DNA of 64,000 nt from Candidatus Omnitrophota bacterium. Lineage in GTDB: Bacteria; Omnitrophota; Gorgyraeia; B26-G9. The DNA is taken from NCBI GenBank assembly GCA_043805415.1, contig JAZDHZ010000014.1:10393-74392 (forward strand), read 5' to 3'. The notes below the pieces were generated by a model. That model was not told the DNA's origin and ran no database searches. It worked only from the letters and a program-made list of their open reading frames with translations. Shown piece after piece: positions 30,419-40,532 of this stretch. The stretch's first letter is position 1. Each line of letters begins with the position of its first letter. The position numbers were made by a program, and so were the translations under genes.

Positions 30419-31309
30419 TTACATAGTTCTATATACATCTTCTTCACACAACTTAAATTTCCCAAAGTAATCCAATAATCTTAAAAAATATTCCCTGAAT
30501 AAATTTTGACAAGAAACATATTTTTGAAATCTATCATCAAAGCTTAAACGAGATACCCCGGAGTGAATTATTTCGTTTCTTAAATCTATAATATCTGTTA
30601 ATGATGGATTCATCCCCACATTTCCAAACATTTCGGTAAGTAAGGTTTTAAAGCCTTTGTGCTGTGGCCTGCCACTTCGCCTTCTCATCATCGCCAACGT
30701 CGTTCCTGAAGGATAAAAATTATTATTAAAAATAGGATATCCGATATGACATGCATATGTATGCTTTAAATTTTCCAATAAAACAAACATAAACACAAGG
30801 CGAGCCTCTATAGGAAGATTTGGTTTTTGACTCAAAACATAATAATCTAAAATTACGTTCAATTGCCTGGATTGCCGCAACTTTCTATAATTAGGCCAAG
30901 CTTTTTCAAGATATAGCTTAGTTGCTTTTCCATGTATTTCTATAATTTTCCAAGATGTTTGGACAATTCCATTTCCAGATAGCCATTTTTCCTTTTCCCC
31001 ATAGATCTCTTTGTGACAATATACTTCTGAACAAGTAATAAACGATAAAAGCTCTGCGATATCACGAATTAAATCTCTTACAGTATCAACTTGAGACCTC
31101 GGAACATCTTTAATTGTAAGATCTGTTGTGAAATGTGTTTCTCCTTCAAAAATTTTTCCACGAGATGTACTATATCCTTCTTTTTGTCGCAATTCGACAA
31201 CAAAACCATCCAAATTAGCGGAAATAAAATTCTGAAAGTGCCAGCCCGGCCCTATTTTCTCAGTGCCAATTAAAAGACAATTCGCAAGAGTTCCAATGAA
31301 ATCTGTCAT
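30419..31309 (-). CDS. Hypothetical protein with C-terminal HEPN-like R-x4-H motif (DUF4145-type)
   Basis: Motif IIDLRNEIIHSG near the C-terminus; 43 bp downstream of the PD-(D/E)xK-like gene, probably co-transcribed. Confidence 0.45.
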   Translation of the reverse strand: MTDFIGTLANCLLIGTEKIGPGWHFQNFISANLDGFVVELRQKEGYSTSRGKIFEGETHFTTDLTIKDVPRSQVDTVRDLIRDIAELLSFITCSEVYCHKEIYGEKEKWLSGNGIVQTSWKIIEIHGKATKLYLEKAWPNYRKLRQSRQLNVILDYYVLSQKPNLPIEARLVFMFVLLENLKHTYACHIGYPIFNNNFYPSGTTLAMMRRRSGRPQHKGFKTLLTEMFGNVGMNPSLTDIIDLRNEIIHSGVSRLSFDDRFQKYVSCQNLFREYFLRLLDYFGKFKLCEEDVYRTM

Positions 31310-31352
31310 AACAACCCAATATTATATGCGTTGTAAAACCTAAAATTAGTAA

Positions 31353-32894
31353 TCAAAAATCCTCTGACAATGCTTTTCTTTCCATATCAAAACAGCGATA
31401 AACCACAGGGATTGAAAAATTCTCCCTAATATATTTCATGTAACTTTTTGTATCATCGTCAGGGAAAGAATCTCCAATAATAATTAGCTTTTTAGCCCTC
31501 TCAATATCTGGCCAATAAGCATACTCCATGATTTGTCCCAACGCTTGTCTTATGCAAAGTTTTGGCATCTCAGTTTTTATCTCGAAATAATGCCATTCGT
31601 TTTCAAGTGTCCTAGCCTTTATATCGATTCTCCCCTTTTCTTCTTGGACATTAACATACTCATGCTTATATTGTTCTCTTAGAAGCAAAGTAAGGGCATT
31701 TTGCATCTTGCTGTGATATGGATCGTATTCAACTTCTTTTTTAAATACAACTATTCTTTTTTTTTCACTTCTCTTCTTTCCCTCGTCTTCATCGTCAAAA
31801 CCTTCTTTCAGAAGAAAATTTGTCTTTTTAGGAATCAGCTTGAACCTGCTTGTTGTTATATTAATATCCTCATCTGAAATCTCAATCAACTCGTCAAATT
31901 GTTTCACGTTATCAAATCTAAATTTTATATTAAAAATTAATTCTGGAGAATTAAAATTTTCTTGAAAAAGAACGGGATTACCGCCAACATTTTTTATATC
32001 AGCAATTAGCTCTTCTATCCAGCCTTTTGTTTTATACATTTTATAGACTATAGTTGCTTCTTCGGAGGAAAGGCAACTAATTTCCTTTATGTCTCCAACA
32101 TAAAATCTCTTCTTTGCGCCGCTGATTGTATACAACGCAACATTATAAATATTACCCACATGTTTTCCTGATTCTACCCTGAAAGGCTCGAGAAATGCAT
32201 AATGAAATCCATCAAGAATACGAGACTTGTCTAAAAGCCATTCCTCATGCCCATATCCATATTGTGCCTCGTAAGAGTTTGAATCAGAACTCTTCCCTTT
32301 TGCTCCTGAAGGAAATTTCCACCCCTCTGTATTCCAGCAAATCCTTGCTACTTTATTAGTAGTCCCAAATTCCTGCTGCTCTTTTCTTAGTTGTATGATT
32401 TTTTCAACATATTTTTTATAAAAATGAGAATCAAGGAAAGCGATGCCTTTAGGTTTATATTCCTCAATCATAGAATCAATAACAGGCTTTACATTGTTTA
32501 AAAAATCTTTAAGGTTTGCTAAATAATGATTGCCGTCATAATTTCTATGCCACTTATTTTTATTACCCTGTTTTTGAAATCCACCAAGCCTTTCTGCAAC
32601 CTTACGCAAAAACTTTGCCTTCTCTTGAGAATCTTGACCTGATATTTCAATATAAGAATTACCTTTTTCATCAACTACAAATCCTATATTATGTATCTTC
32701 TCCTTCCAGTCTCCGCCATCCCAAAACGATACTTGCAAATATTTATCATTACCAATAAACCAATATCTTTCTTCGAATCGTTTCTTATTATTAATTTTTC
32801 TTGGAACAAAGAAAAAATTATTATCTTTTTCATGCAACTCGACTAGGAAGTCAAATATTTTTTCATGTTTTAAAACCGTGCTTCTACTGCCCAT
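31353..32894 (-). CDS. Hypothetical protein with C-terminal PD-(D/E)xK nuclease-like motif
   Basis: C-terminal GRIDIKART...WHYFEIKT fits the D...(D/E)xK restriction-endonuclease-fold pattern; N-terminal 350 aa unassigned. Confidence 0.45.
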   Translation of the reverse strand: MGSRSTVLKHEKIFDFLVELHEKDNNFFFVPRKINNKKRFEERYWFIGNDKYLQVSFWDGGDWKEKIHNIGFVVDEKGNSYIEISGQDSQEKAKFLRKVAERLGGFQKQGNKNKWHRNYDGNHYLANLKDFLNNVKPVIDSMIEEYKPKGIAFLDSHFYKKYVEKIIQLRKEQQEFGTTNKVARICWNTEGWKFPSGAKGKSSDSNSYEAQYGYGHEEWLLDKSRILDGFHYAFLEPFRVESGKHVGNIYNVALYTISGAKKRFYVGDIKEISCLSSEEATIVYKMYKTKGWIEELIADIKNVGGNPVLFQENFNSPELIFNIKFRFDNVKQFDELIEISDEDINITTSRFKLIPKKTNFLLKEGFDDEDEGKKRSEKKRIVVFKKEVEYDPYHSKMQNALTLLLREQYKHEYVNVQEEKGRIDIKARTLENEWHYFEIKTEMPKLCIRQALGQIMEYAYWPDIERAKKLIIIGDSFPDDDTKSYMKYIRENFSIPVVYRCFDMERKALSEDF

Positions 32895-33020
32895 ACAGGC
32901 CTACTTTCTCCAATATCCCCACCACATAACTATATTTCCGCTTCGGATTGTCTATGTTCTTTTTGGCTACGATCGCAAACGCGTCTTTGATTTTCTTTGG
33001 GCCGTATTGCTTAGACTTTT
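32895..33020 (-). pseudogene. DnaD-like C-terminal gene fragment, copy B
   Basis: Minus-strand reading ...KQYGPKKIKDAFAIVAKKNIDNPKRKYSYVVGILE...; a direct repeat of copy A about 6.1 kb away. Confidence 0.45.
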
Positions 33021-33236
33021 AAATAATATCCTCTATTATTTGCGGATTGTATTCTTCAAATACTATTTAAGCGTATTTTCTTGCTGTTTTATATTCCTTT
33101 TCTCCATATTGCTCCGCTATCATCGCAAGTTCAAGATCTAATTTTTCAGGATCATATGTTTTTAGTACCTTGTACATCTTCGGACTTCTTTTGCTGTAAT
33201 CCTTTTTTGTTTCTTTTCGCAAAAACATTTATATTT

Positions 33237-33566
33237 TTAAACCTTGAAACAGTGATATCCTTTTAAGGCGTCCAAAGCTGCGTAAGCCCAGGAACGATGT
33301 AGTTGCGAAGAATGTCCGTTTCCATCATTTAATCCGGCAATAGCCTCTACCGACCAAATCAGATTACCAAACTTTTCAGACATATAAGCATTCCCCATAT
33401 CTTCTTGTTTAGCTTTTTGCTTTAGATCTTCAGACAATGTTTTAATTTCAGTACAAATTCTATAATTATCACAAGAAGAATCATGCAACATACTACCAAC
33501 TAGGCACCTCATATGTTCCAGCGTGCTTTTTATATCCATACTATCCTCCTTATAGGATGTCTCCAT
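33237..33566 (-). CDS. Hypothetical protein (109 aa)
   Basis: ORF only. Confidence 0.3.
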   Translation of the reverse strand: METSYKEDSMDIKSTLEHMRCLVGSMLHDSSCDNYRICTEIKTLSEDLKQKAKQEDMGNAYMSEKFGNLIWSVEAIAGLNDGNGHSSQLHRSWAYAALDALKGYHCFKV

Positions 33567-33670
33567 TCTATATCCCGATTGTGATTATCTTTTTGATTAC
33601 CCCTAAATTTCTAATATTCCTACATCTTTAAACGTGTCGATCGTGCTTTCCAATCAGTGTAATCATTCTT

Positions 33671-34720
33671 TCACCAACGAAAACCAGCACCCACAGTAAC
33701 AACTGCTTCATCTTTAGTCTTTAAAAACCTCAAAAACGATAATCCTTCTCCGTCTAATATCTTTCGGGAGAGTTGTAGCTGAGCGCTGATGTTTTTATTC
33801 TGATCGTTTTTTAATTCAAAACTTATACTATCTTTATCAGTCAGCTTTGCTTCCGCTCCAAACGTAATTGCCCGAATATTTCCATTTTCATATTCCACTT
33901 CAAATACCAAGCCGATATCTTTTTTAATTTTCCATTTACCGCAAAGCGTGATTATCTGCTCTTCCGGACTCTTAGCCAAACCAATGCCTAATTCATATTT
34001 AATGTATTTATCTTTAAACACAGCCGCGCTGGTTTTAAAACTAAACACAGAATCAGACTGCAAATCCAAAACATAAGACAATCTGCCTTTATCTTTAATA
34101 TCCCAATAACCTTGAAATGTTAGAATATGAATATTTTTCTCTTTACGGATAAGCTGAGCTTTTTCGTATTGATAAATAATCTGATGCTGTTTGTTTATTT
34201 CCCAAGTTCCTTTAAAAGTAAGAATATCATAGCTGCCTTTTTCTTTTTGAACTCTAAATGTCAGACGATTGGCTTTATCTGCCTGCCATGCGCCTTTAAG
34301 CTGGAGAATATAGATTGATTGCATATTGTCTTTAGTATGAGTAGTAAGGCTAAAAGCTAAGGAATTTTTGGAAGTATCGATAATTTCTCCCTGAAGCGTT
34401 AATTTATCGCCAAGGGTTTCCCTGCCCCATTTATTAAGCTCTAGACAGAGATTATGGTCCTTATCTAAAGTCCAAACGCCTTCGAGTTTTACTTGATGCG
34501 GGATTTCTGTTCCTTCCGGAGTGGGTGCTTTAATAAGGTAAGTGAGTGTATTATCTTCGTCGATTTTGAAGCGGCCATCAAGAACCTGTCTGAATCTGGA
34601 CAGTTCGCTTTTCTTACCGGATTTATCGATAATCAATCGATTATACGGATCAATTTCATAAGTAACTTTTGGGTTATCCTGGCGTTTTGCCATAACCATC
34701 CTGTTTTTTAAAATTGTCAA
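33671..34720 (-). CDS. Hypothetical protein with about five tandem 45-50-aa internal repeats (G-x-W-x-[LI]-[DN]-K-x-x-x-L pattern)
   Basis: Repeat units visible by eye: EGVWTLDKDHNLCLEL, KGAWQADKANRLTFRV, KGTWEINKQHQIIYQY, QGYWDIKDKGRLSYVL, CGKWKIKKDIGLVFEV. Confidence 0.45.
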   Translation of the reverse strand: MTILKNRMVMAKRQDNPKVTYEIDPYNRLIIDKSGKKSELSRFRQVLDGRFKIDEDNTLTYLIKAPTPEGTEIPHQVKLEGVWTLDKDHNLCLELNKWGRETLGDKLTLQGEIIDTSKNSLAFSLTTHTKDNMQSIYILQLKGAWQADKANRLTFRVQKEKGSYDILTFKGTWEINKQHQIIYQYEKAQLIRKEKNIHILTFQGYWDIKDKGRLSYVLDLQSDSVFSFKTSAAVFKDKYIKYELGIGLAKSPEEQIITLCGKWKIKKDIGLVFEVEYENGNIRAITFGAEAKLTDKDSISFELKNDQNKNISAQLQLSRKILDGEGLSFLRFLKTKDEAVVTVGAGFRW

Positions 34721-34839
34721 TTTTCTAAACGCTTAACGCTATGCGCTATTTTTAATGATCAACTTCGTAAAAAACTTTAAATCTTTAAGCTATGCCCCCC
34801 CTTACTTATATGCTCATAGGAATATTAGGTATTTTGTGA

Positions 34840-35802
34840 TTAATTTTTAACCAACGATACTGTGTCACCTTCAATAAGAATCATGTCCTGTCCAGTAGAG
34901 TCTTTACTATATAAAGATACACTACCAACTATTTCTTGGGAATCTGTTGTAAAAGTTATGTCCTCACCTATCACATAAGCATATCTTGTTAATCCAGAGT
35001 TATATAATCCATCTTTTCCCTTAGGATACTGAGAAAACTTTACATCGTTATATTTTGACTTTAAGATATTAACAAACGCTTTTTCAGCATCTGCTACAAT
35101 TTTCTCTTTAGGTAAAGCTGGTTCAGCTAAAATATCATTAAAATCATCATTATAATCAAAAATAGAAATATTTAACTGTTCAATCTTAAAAAAGAACAAT
35201 ATCATTTCATCTGTAATGCGAGACCGTTCCATTTTTGGATATTCGTTTGATAATATTCGAATTCTTTTGTCGTGTGGCTTTATAACTAAGCGTGTCAAAC
35301 TATCTTCTTTTTTTGAAATTCCAACATAATGCAAATGATACTTTGTTAAATCCCGGAAATTATCGAAGCCTTTAATCCCAGGATGCCCCCTCCATTTGTC
35401 AAATAAGAATTTTTCAGTAGTAAACCAATCGACTACTTTAGTTCTTTCTTGTGTCTCCGTATCATTTTCCCATACCCTGATAAGCTTTTCACCAAATTCA
35501 AATTCAAGATCTGTATTTTTAATCGAAACTCCGTGACATTTAAGGATCTCATTAAAATCTATTTCACCTATTGATTTAACATTCTGCGCATAAAAAGTAA
35601 AAGGTGCTTTTAATTTTGATTGAAAATTAGTGCAAATAATATCCTCGTCAATCTCATACTTTCCTTCTTGACGCTGAGCCACCATATATAGGTTACTCTC
35701 TTTCAGAAGTTTTTGCACTTCAGGATCATCTTTTATCCACTCTGCCTCTTGGTTAGATATTGGAGGATAAACAAGTTTTAAAATATTTAGTTGTGATTTC
35801 AT
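34840..35802 (-). CDS. Hypothetical protein (320 aa)
   Basis: ORF only; same strand and close spacing with the flanking genes. Confidence 0.4.
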   Translation of the reverse strand: MKSQLNILKLVYPPISNQEAEWIKDDPEVQKLLKESNLYMVAQRQEGKYEIDEDIICTNFQSKLKAPFTFYAQNVKSIGEIDFNEILKCHGVSIKNTDLEFEFGEKLIRVWENDTETQERTKVVDWFTTEKFLFDKWRGHPGIKGFDNFRDLTKYHLHYVGISKKEDSLTRLVIKPHDKRIRILSNEYPKMERSRITDEMILFFFKIEQLNISIFDYNDDFNDILAEPALPKEKIVADAEKAFVNILKSKYNDVKFSQYPKGKDGLYNSGLTRYAYVIGEDITFTTDSQEIVGSVSLYSKDSTGQDMILIEGDTVSLVKN

Positions 35803-35884
35803 ATTATTTTCCTCTTATAACATTTGAGCTCAGGCAGAGCAAACGCGTAGCGTTTGCGATTGCCTGTAGCGAATCGTTATGCTT

Positions 35885-37039
35885 TTATAATTTTCCAGAG
35901 CTAGCTTTATCTGCTAATATTATAAATGCTAATGCGTCCATTAGAATTAAAAACTTCAAGGCTAATTCACGACATTCAAAATTAGTGAAAATTCCATGAA
36001 GTATTCCATGTCTATTTACTTCGCTTCTAGGGTCAGTAATTTTACTTATGTTACTCCAAAAAGATCCATCTTTTAATTCTGATACAATTACATCTAATAT
36101 TTTTTTGGGATAAAGCAAAAGCTTTCGAGAAATCACTAACTCTTGTAATTTATCAATTTTCTTTTTATATTCCCATCCATCAATTGCATTACCGTATTTA
36201 GCATATAAATAATCTCTAATGATGCCTTCAAATTGTGGACAAATAATGTAAATCGAAGCAACATAATCTTCTTTTAAATAAGCTTGGATTGATTTTTCTA
36301 TATATGAAATTCGATTATTGAAAAAACTTGCCTCTTTCCAGAATGTAATTTTATTATTCCAATAGGTCTCATTGAACTTTTTTTGAATAGTGTCTGCGGG
36401 AGAATCTGTATTAGAATTGTGCATCTCAATAAAAACTTCTGGATAATAATCTGGAGAAGGGGGCCAATTACATTCTTTAAGCTTTTGCATTTTTTCAAAA
36501 GGTTTAATGTTTTTAACAAAATTTCTTTCATAAAGTAATTGTACAATTGGGTATTTGAATTTTAAATCTGCTGGTTTTTTTTCTGAAAAATCAGGGGCAT
36601 TAGGTGAAAAATCAAAAACGAGATGGGGAGTCAAAAAAACTCTATTTAAAAATGCATAAGCACAAGGAATACCATTACTATCAGGTGGAATAATGAATGA
36701 CACATCTGGATTGGGATCAAGCTCGCTTAATTTTAATGTGGTGCCTACCATGTCCTCTGTGAATTCTCCTTCTTTTAGCTTTAATCTATATTGAATATTT
36801 ACCTCTTCATTTAGTTCAACGATATTTTCAATGCTACCGTTTTCTTTTTTAACTTGGTATGCTCTAAAAGAGTTGATTTCTATTGGCAAGTCAGTTTTAG
36901 AAATTTTTTTTAATTCTATTCTCTTTTCAATCTCGGGAATAACGAAAAGGCGTATCATATCAGAAATCGGACGATATTCCATAATTAATGATCGTTGATA
37001 AATAGTAATATTTTCTTTATTTTGGGTATTATTATTCAT
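35885..37039 (-). CDS. Hypothetical protein with C-terminal HEPN-like R-x4-H motif
   Basis: Motif SEVNRHGILHGIF about 45 aa from the C-terminus, in a predicted helical region; N-terminal 250 aa unassigned. Confidence 0.45.
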   Translation of the reverse strand: MNNNTQNKENITIYQRSLIMEYRPISDMIRLFVIPEIEKRIELKKISKTDLPIEINSFRAYQVKKENGSIENIVELNEEVNIQYRLKLKEGEFTEDMVGTTLKLSELDPNPDVSFIIPPDSNGIPCAYAFLNRVFLTPHLVFDFSPNAPDFSEKKPADLKFKYPIVQLLYERNFVKNIKPFEKMQKLKECNWPPSPDYYPEVFIEMHNSNTDSPADTIQKKFNETYWNNKITFWKEASFFNNRISYIEKSIQAYLKEDYVASIYIICPQFEGIIRDYLYAKYGNAIDGWEYKKKIDKLQELVISRKLLLYPKKILDVIVSELKDGSFWSNISKITDPRSEVNRHGILHGIFTNFECRELALKFLILMDALAFIILADKASSGKL

Positions 37040-37513
37040 ATTTTATTAGCATAACATTTAATATAATACCAGTCTGTTTTTCAGTAATTCCCTATTGTTT
37101 TTCTCTTCAACTAACAAGTCTTTGCCTGGAAACATGTCGTATTTTCTGCTTAATATCATGATATTAGCCTAGTCATTAAAATCGGATTTTTCAATTTTAA
37201 GCTTTAAAATCATCTCTTTTTCAAACATATTCTCTTTAAAACGCAGGCACAGAAAGCTGATTGTCATTAATCTTGTCGATTATTTGTCTGATATTCATAA
37301 TGTCCTCTTCCTTTCACAAAAACACTCTATTCCTATAATGCATTGCCTCCTGTTCCAACTAATCAATACTTCAAACAACGTCCCTTTCATCCATTATAGC
37401 TAAGTAATCCATGATAGGAGTTAAAAAATATTCACTATCTATCTTTCCAAAACTTTTATGTATGTCCCCAATATTCCTCTCTAGGTTAAAAATACACTTT
37501 AGGGCTTTGTAAC

Positions 37514-40500
37514 TCAGTCTTTTCTCCCTTGCAGGAACTGTTTCTTAGCCTCATTCAGCGCCTTATCTCTAAGTTTCTGTAGGTCAATTGGGTTGATACG
37601 ACCATAATACAGTTGCCTCCGATCAAAAGCGCAATTGAATGCTGAAATTAACGAGGCAGGTAGTGTATTGCCTTCGTATCGCACTAGAAGTTCATATATC
37701 TTTACATAGCCCATTTCGAGAATAGAAATTCGATCAGTCTCGGTTATAAAAGCCTGCAGCAGACCAGCATAACCAGGAAGTCGCAGATCGGCATAGATAC
37801 AAAGTAAGAGTAGCTTTTTAAGGTCATTTGTCGTAGTTTCTAGAATGCTTTCTATCGTTTTCTGTAAAGAAGCTGAACCAACATTTTGAGATAGGAATAC
37901 TTCACCTCCAATCGTAACCATGTATGCACACAAAGACGTGAATTGATCATCCTTCATCCCTTCGGAAAAAAGAGTGATCAGTTCCATATTACATTGCAAA
38001 TGAAAATCTAGAATTCGATCCAGTAACGTCTTTTTAATTTCAGCTGATATATGCTCGAGATTTCGAAACACATTATAGAAGGTCTTAAGCGCCATTATAT
38101 TCCATGCGACCTTTTCAATCTTATTTTTGGGAGGAGTTATCTTCATCATCCCTCGTCCAAGAGTACGATGATTTTTTTGATCCTCTTCAAACCCCTCATC
38201 TGCCTTTTCATAATCTAATTTCGAATCGATAGCATCTTTCGTCATTTTGTCTTTTTGTGTGCTTTCATGTTTCGGAGACAACAAATGATGTATATACTTC
38301 TCAAGATCTAAAGACGTCACTTGATTTGCAGGGGCATATTCTTCCTCAAGACATCGCATCAGCTCTTTCACTAGACTTTCTTCATCTCGATGTCGACCTG
38401 CATAATAAGCAAGTGAATCCCCTAACCGTAAAGCCGTATGAAGTCCTTGTAGATGTTCTTTAAGATTTATTTCGCTTGCCTCAACAGCTTGAGCTAAGTA
38501 GTAATTAAAAAAAACAATGCATGAAAAAAACACTACGCCCTGCGAATCAGTAATAATAATTCCCGATTTCTCAAGATGCTGAACAAACTTAGTTGCATCC
38601 ACATCCAGCGCCTTGTCTGAAAAATAGGCCAAGATTTGTTGTTCATAATCTATACGCAATATTCCCAAACTCCCTAGTCGATAACAAGCAGCGGCTAATT
38701 TCATAAGCATAAGACGAAGATTATAAATTGAGTAGTTGCTCGCCGGATCTGATTTGTCTAAACTATTCTCCTCAAGTCGTTCAAGAAGTCGAACAAAAGA
38801 TATACTCGTAATTTTTCCTCCAAATTCTAAAAAAACACGCAAATATAGCGACACCAAAAATGGGGTAACTGGGAGATCGGATAACGAAAGGCTATCCCAA
38901 ATGAATTTAACAGCTACATCGGTGTCTATTGCCAAACCAGTTGCCTCAAGGTAGCGAGTTGCAAATTCCCGAAGCCTACTGGGTCCCCAATAACGAAGAC
39001 GCAAAAACTTTATGTCTCTTTTATCTTGCGCTGCGGCAAGCATATCAAAAAGAACTTCATTCTTGAGGCAAATAACAATGTGCGGAATTACCTCAATGCC
39101 TGCTAATATTTTAGACACAATATTTATATCTGTTACTGATATATGATCAACAATCAAAGTCAAATCAACTGATGCAATGTCTGATTCGTCTATGTTGCTT
39201 TTCTTAATGATTTTTCTCAGTAGATTTTCCGGAGACTCAGCATCTTTAATATCCTCATAATTCACATAAACCGCGAGCCGTTTAGAACCAATTTTGTTAA
39301 TTCTCTGTGCAAGTTCTTCCAAAAAAAGCGTCGATCCAGCATCGGGAGGCGCATAAATTATACAAGTATGATCCATGGCAAAGCTGTAGGGATCTCTTAT
39401 TGTATCACCCTTCTTACCTTTCTTCTCCCATAATATCTCTTGAATAGACGGAATAAGTAGAATGGGAGGGTCAATTTGCTGTGCATTCTTAAGACTCGCC
39501 CCCATCTTCAAGCTTAGCGCAGAGTTAGTCTCCGTAACCTTTCTTGACAATGCAAGGCTCGCTTGATCTGCAAATGCTGAACTAGGCAAAGTGTACTTAA
39601 ATTCACCTTCAGGGGCATGATTAACATTGTGATCATATCTTAATCCTCCTCGTATAAATACACGAAACTTCGCATGTAATATCCCTTTTAAAGGATCCTC
39701 TATAGAATAAATGTTATATCCATCATTTCGCCCCCCCGGCACACCAGCAAAAAATGATGGAGCCATTAACTCAAGACAACCTCCTGAAGGGGTTGTGCTA
39801 GAAAGTGAATTTGTTTCATGATTATGTCCAGTTAAAATAATATCAAATTTTGATCTTAGGTCTTGTTGTACAATTTCTTGTTCAGAAGGATGAAACCAAG
39901 TCAATGGATGATGTATCAAAGCTATCTTAAAATCACAACCCTTGATTTTTTCTGCGAGCTCGTTAACTTGAATTCGCGTAAGAAATATTCTATTTTTTGT
40001 ATTATCATCAAAACAAGCCCAAGCTGAATCAAAAGCTGCAACCCCAACTTTTATTTTGTCTATCTGTATAATATGAGCTCTATAGGAATTACCTCTGGAT
40101 TTGCTGTACAAAGAATGTAAAAACTCAATATATTGCGTTTGCTGCGGAAGAATCAAGTCTCTATCTTCAAAAAGAGTTTGAGCTGTTTCCGTGTTGCTAA
40201 GCCGTGTGGATGCCCCATCACAAACCAAACTTTTAATTAGACCTCTCGTAATGTCATGATTGCCAGGACATACCACAATATCGCATGGTTTTATTCCGAG
40301 TTCTTTAACAACCGGACTAAAAAACTCATTCTGTGCTATACCATACTCTTCTGCAAGGCCTGAAAATGCTATATCGCCAGAGATAAAGATTATATGTGGT
40401 TTAACCTGAAGCTTTCGCAAGTCCTTCAGTAAAGCATCGCGTCGAATCCTAAACTCCGTTATTTCCTCATTGCGACAATGAAGATCAGAAAGATGCAATA

Positions 40501-40516
40501 ATGTTAAATCCCTCAT
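37514..40516 (-). CDS. Large (1000 aa) protein: N-terminal calcineurin-like metallophosphoesterase domain + degenerate P-loop NTPase-like region + helical C-terminal domain
   Basis: MPE motifs in order: LHLSDLH (D-x-H), GDIAFSG (GD), GNHD, HHP, GHNH. The downstream segment IIYAPPDAGSTLF...LTLIVDH resembles a degraded Walker A/B pair, followed by about 500 aa of helical sequence. Confidence 0.55.
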   Translation of the reverse strand: MRDLTLLHLSDLHCRNEEITEFRIRRDALLKDLRKLQVKPHIIFISGDIAFSGLAEEYGIAQNEFFSPVVKELGIKPCDIVVCPGNHDITRGLIKSLVCDGASTRLSNTETAQTLFEDRDLILPQQTQYIEFLHSLYSKSRGNSYRAHIIQIDKIKVGVAAFDSAWACFDDNTKNRIFLTRIQVNELAEKIKGCDFKIALIHHPLTWFHPSEQEIVQQDLRSKFDIILTGHNHETNSLSSTTPSGGCLELMAPSFFAGVPGGRNDGYNIYSIEDPLKGILHAKFRVFIRGGLRYDHNVNHAPEGEFKYTLPSSAFADQASLALSRKVTETNSALSLKMGASLKNAQQIDPPILLIPSIQEILWEKKGKKGDTIRDPYSFAMDHTCIIYAPPDAGSTLFLEELAQRINKIGSKRLAVYVNYEDIKDAESPENLLRKIIKKSNIDESDIASVDLTLIVDHISVTDINIVSKILAGIEVIPHIVICLKNEVLFDMLAAAQDKRDIKFLRLRYWGPSRLREFATRYLEATGLAIDTDVAVKFIWDSLSLSDLPVTPFLVSLYLRVFLEFGGKITSISFVRLLERLEENSLDKSDPASNYSIYNLRLMLMKLAAACYRLGSLGILRIDYEQQILAYFSDKALDVDATKFVQHLEKSGIIITDSQGVVFFSCIVFFNYYLAQAVEASEINLKEHLQGLHTALRLGDSLAYYAGRHRDEESLVKELMRCLEEEYAPANQVTSLDLEKYIHHLLSPKHESTQKDKMTKDAIDSKLDYEKADEGFEEDQKNHRTLGRGMMKITPPKNKIEKVAWNIMALKTFYNVFRNLEHISAEIKKTLLDRILDFHLQCNMELITLFSEGMKDDQFTSLCAYMVTIGGEVFLSQNVGSASLQKTIESILETTTNDLKKLLLLCIYADLRLPGYAGLLQAFITETDRISILEMGYVKIYELLVRYEGNTLPASLISAFNCAFDRRQLYYGRINPIDLQKLRDKALNEAKKQFLQGRKD

Positions 40517-40532
40517 ATTTTCCCTCCCAGTT

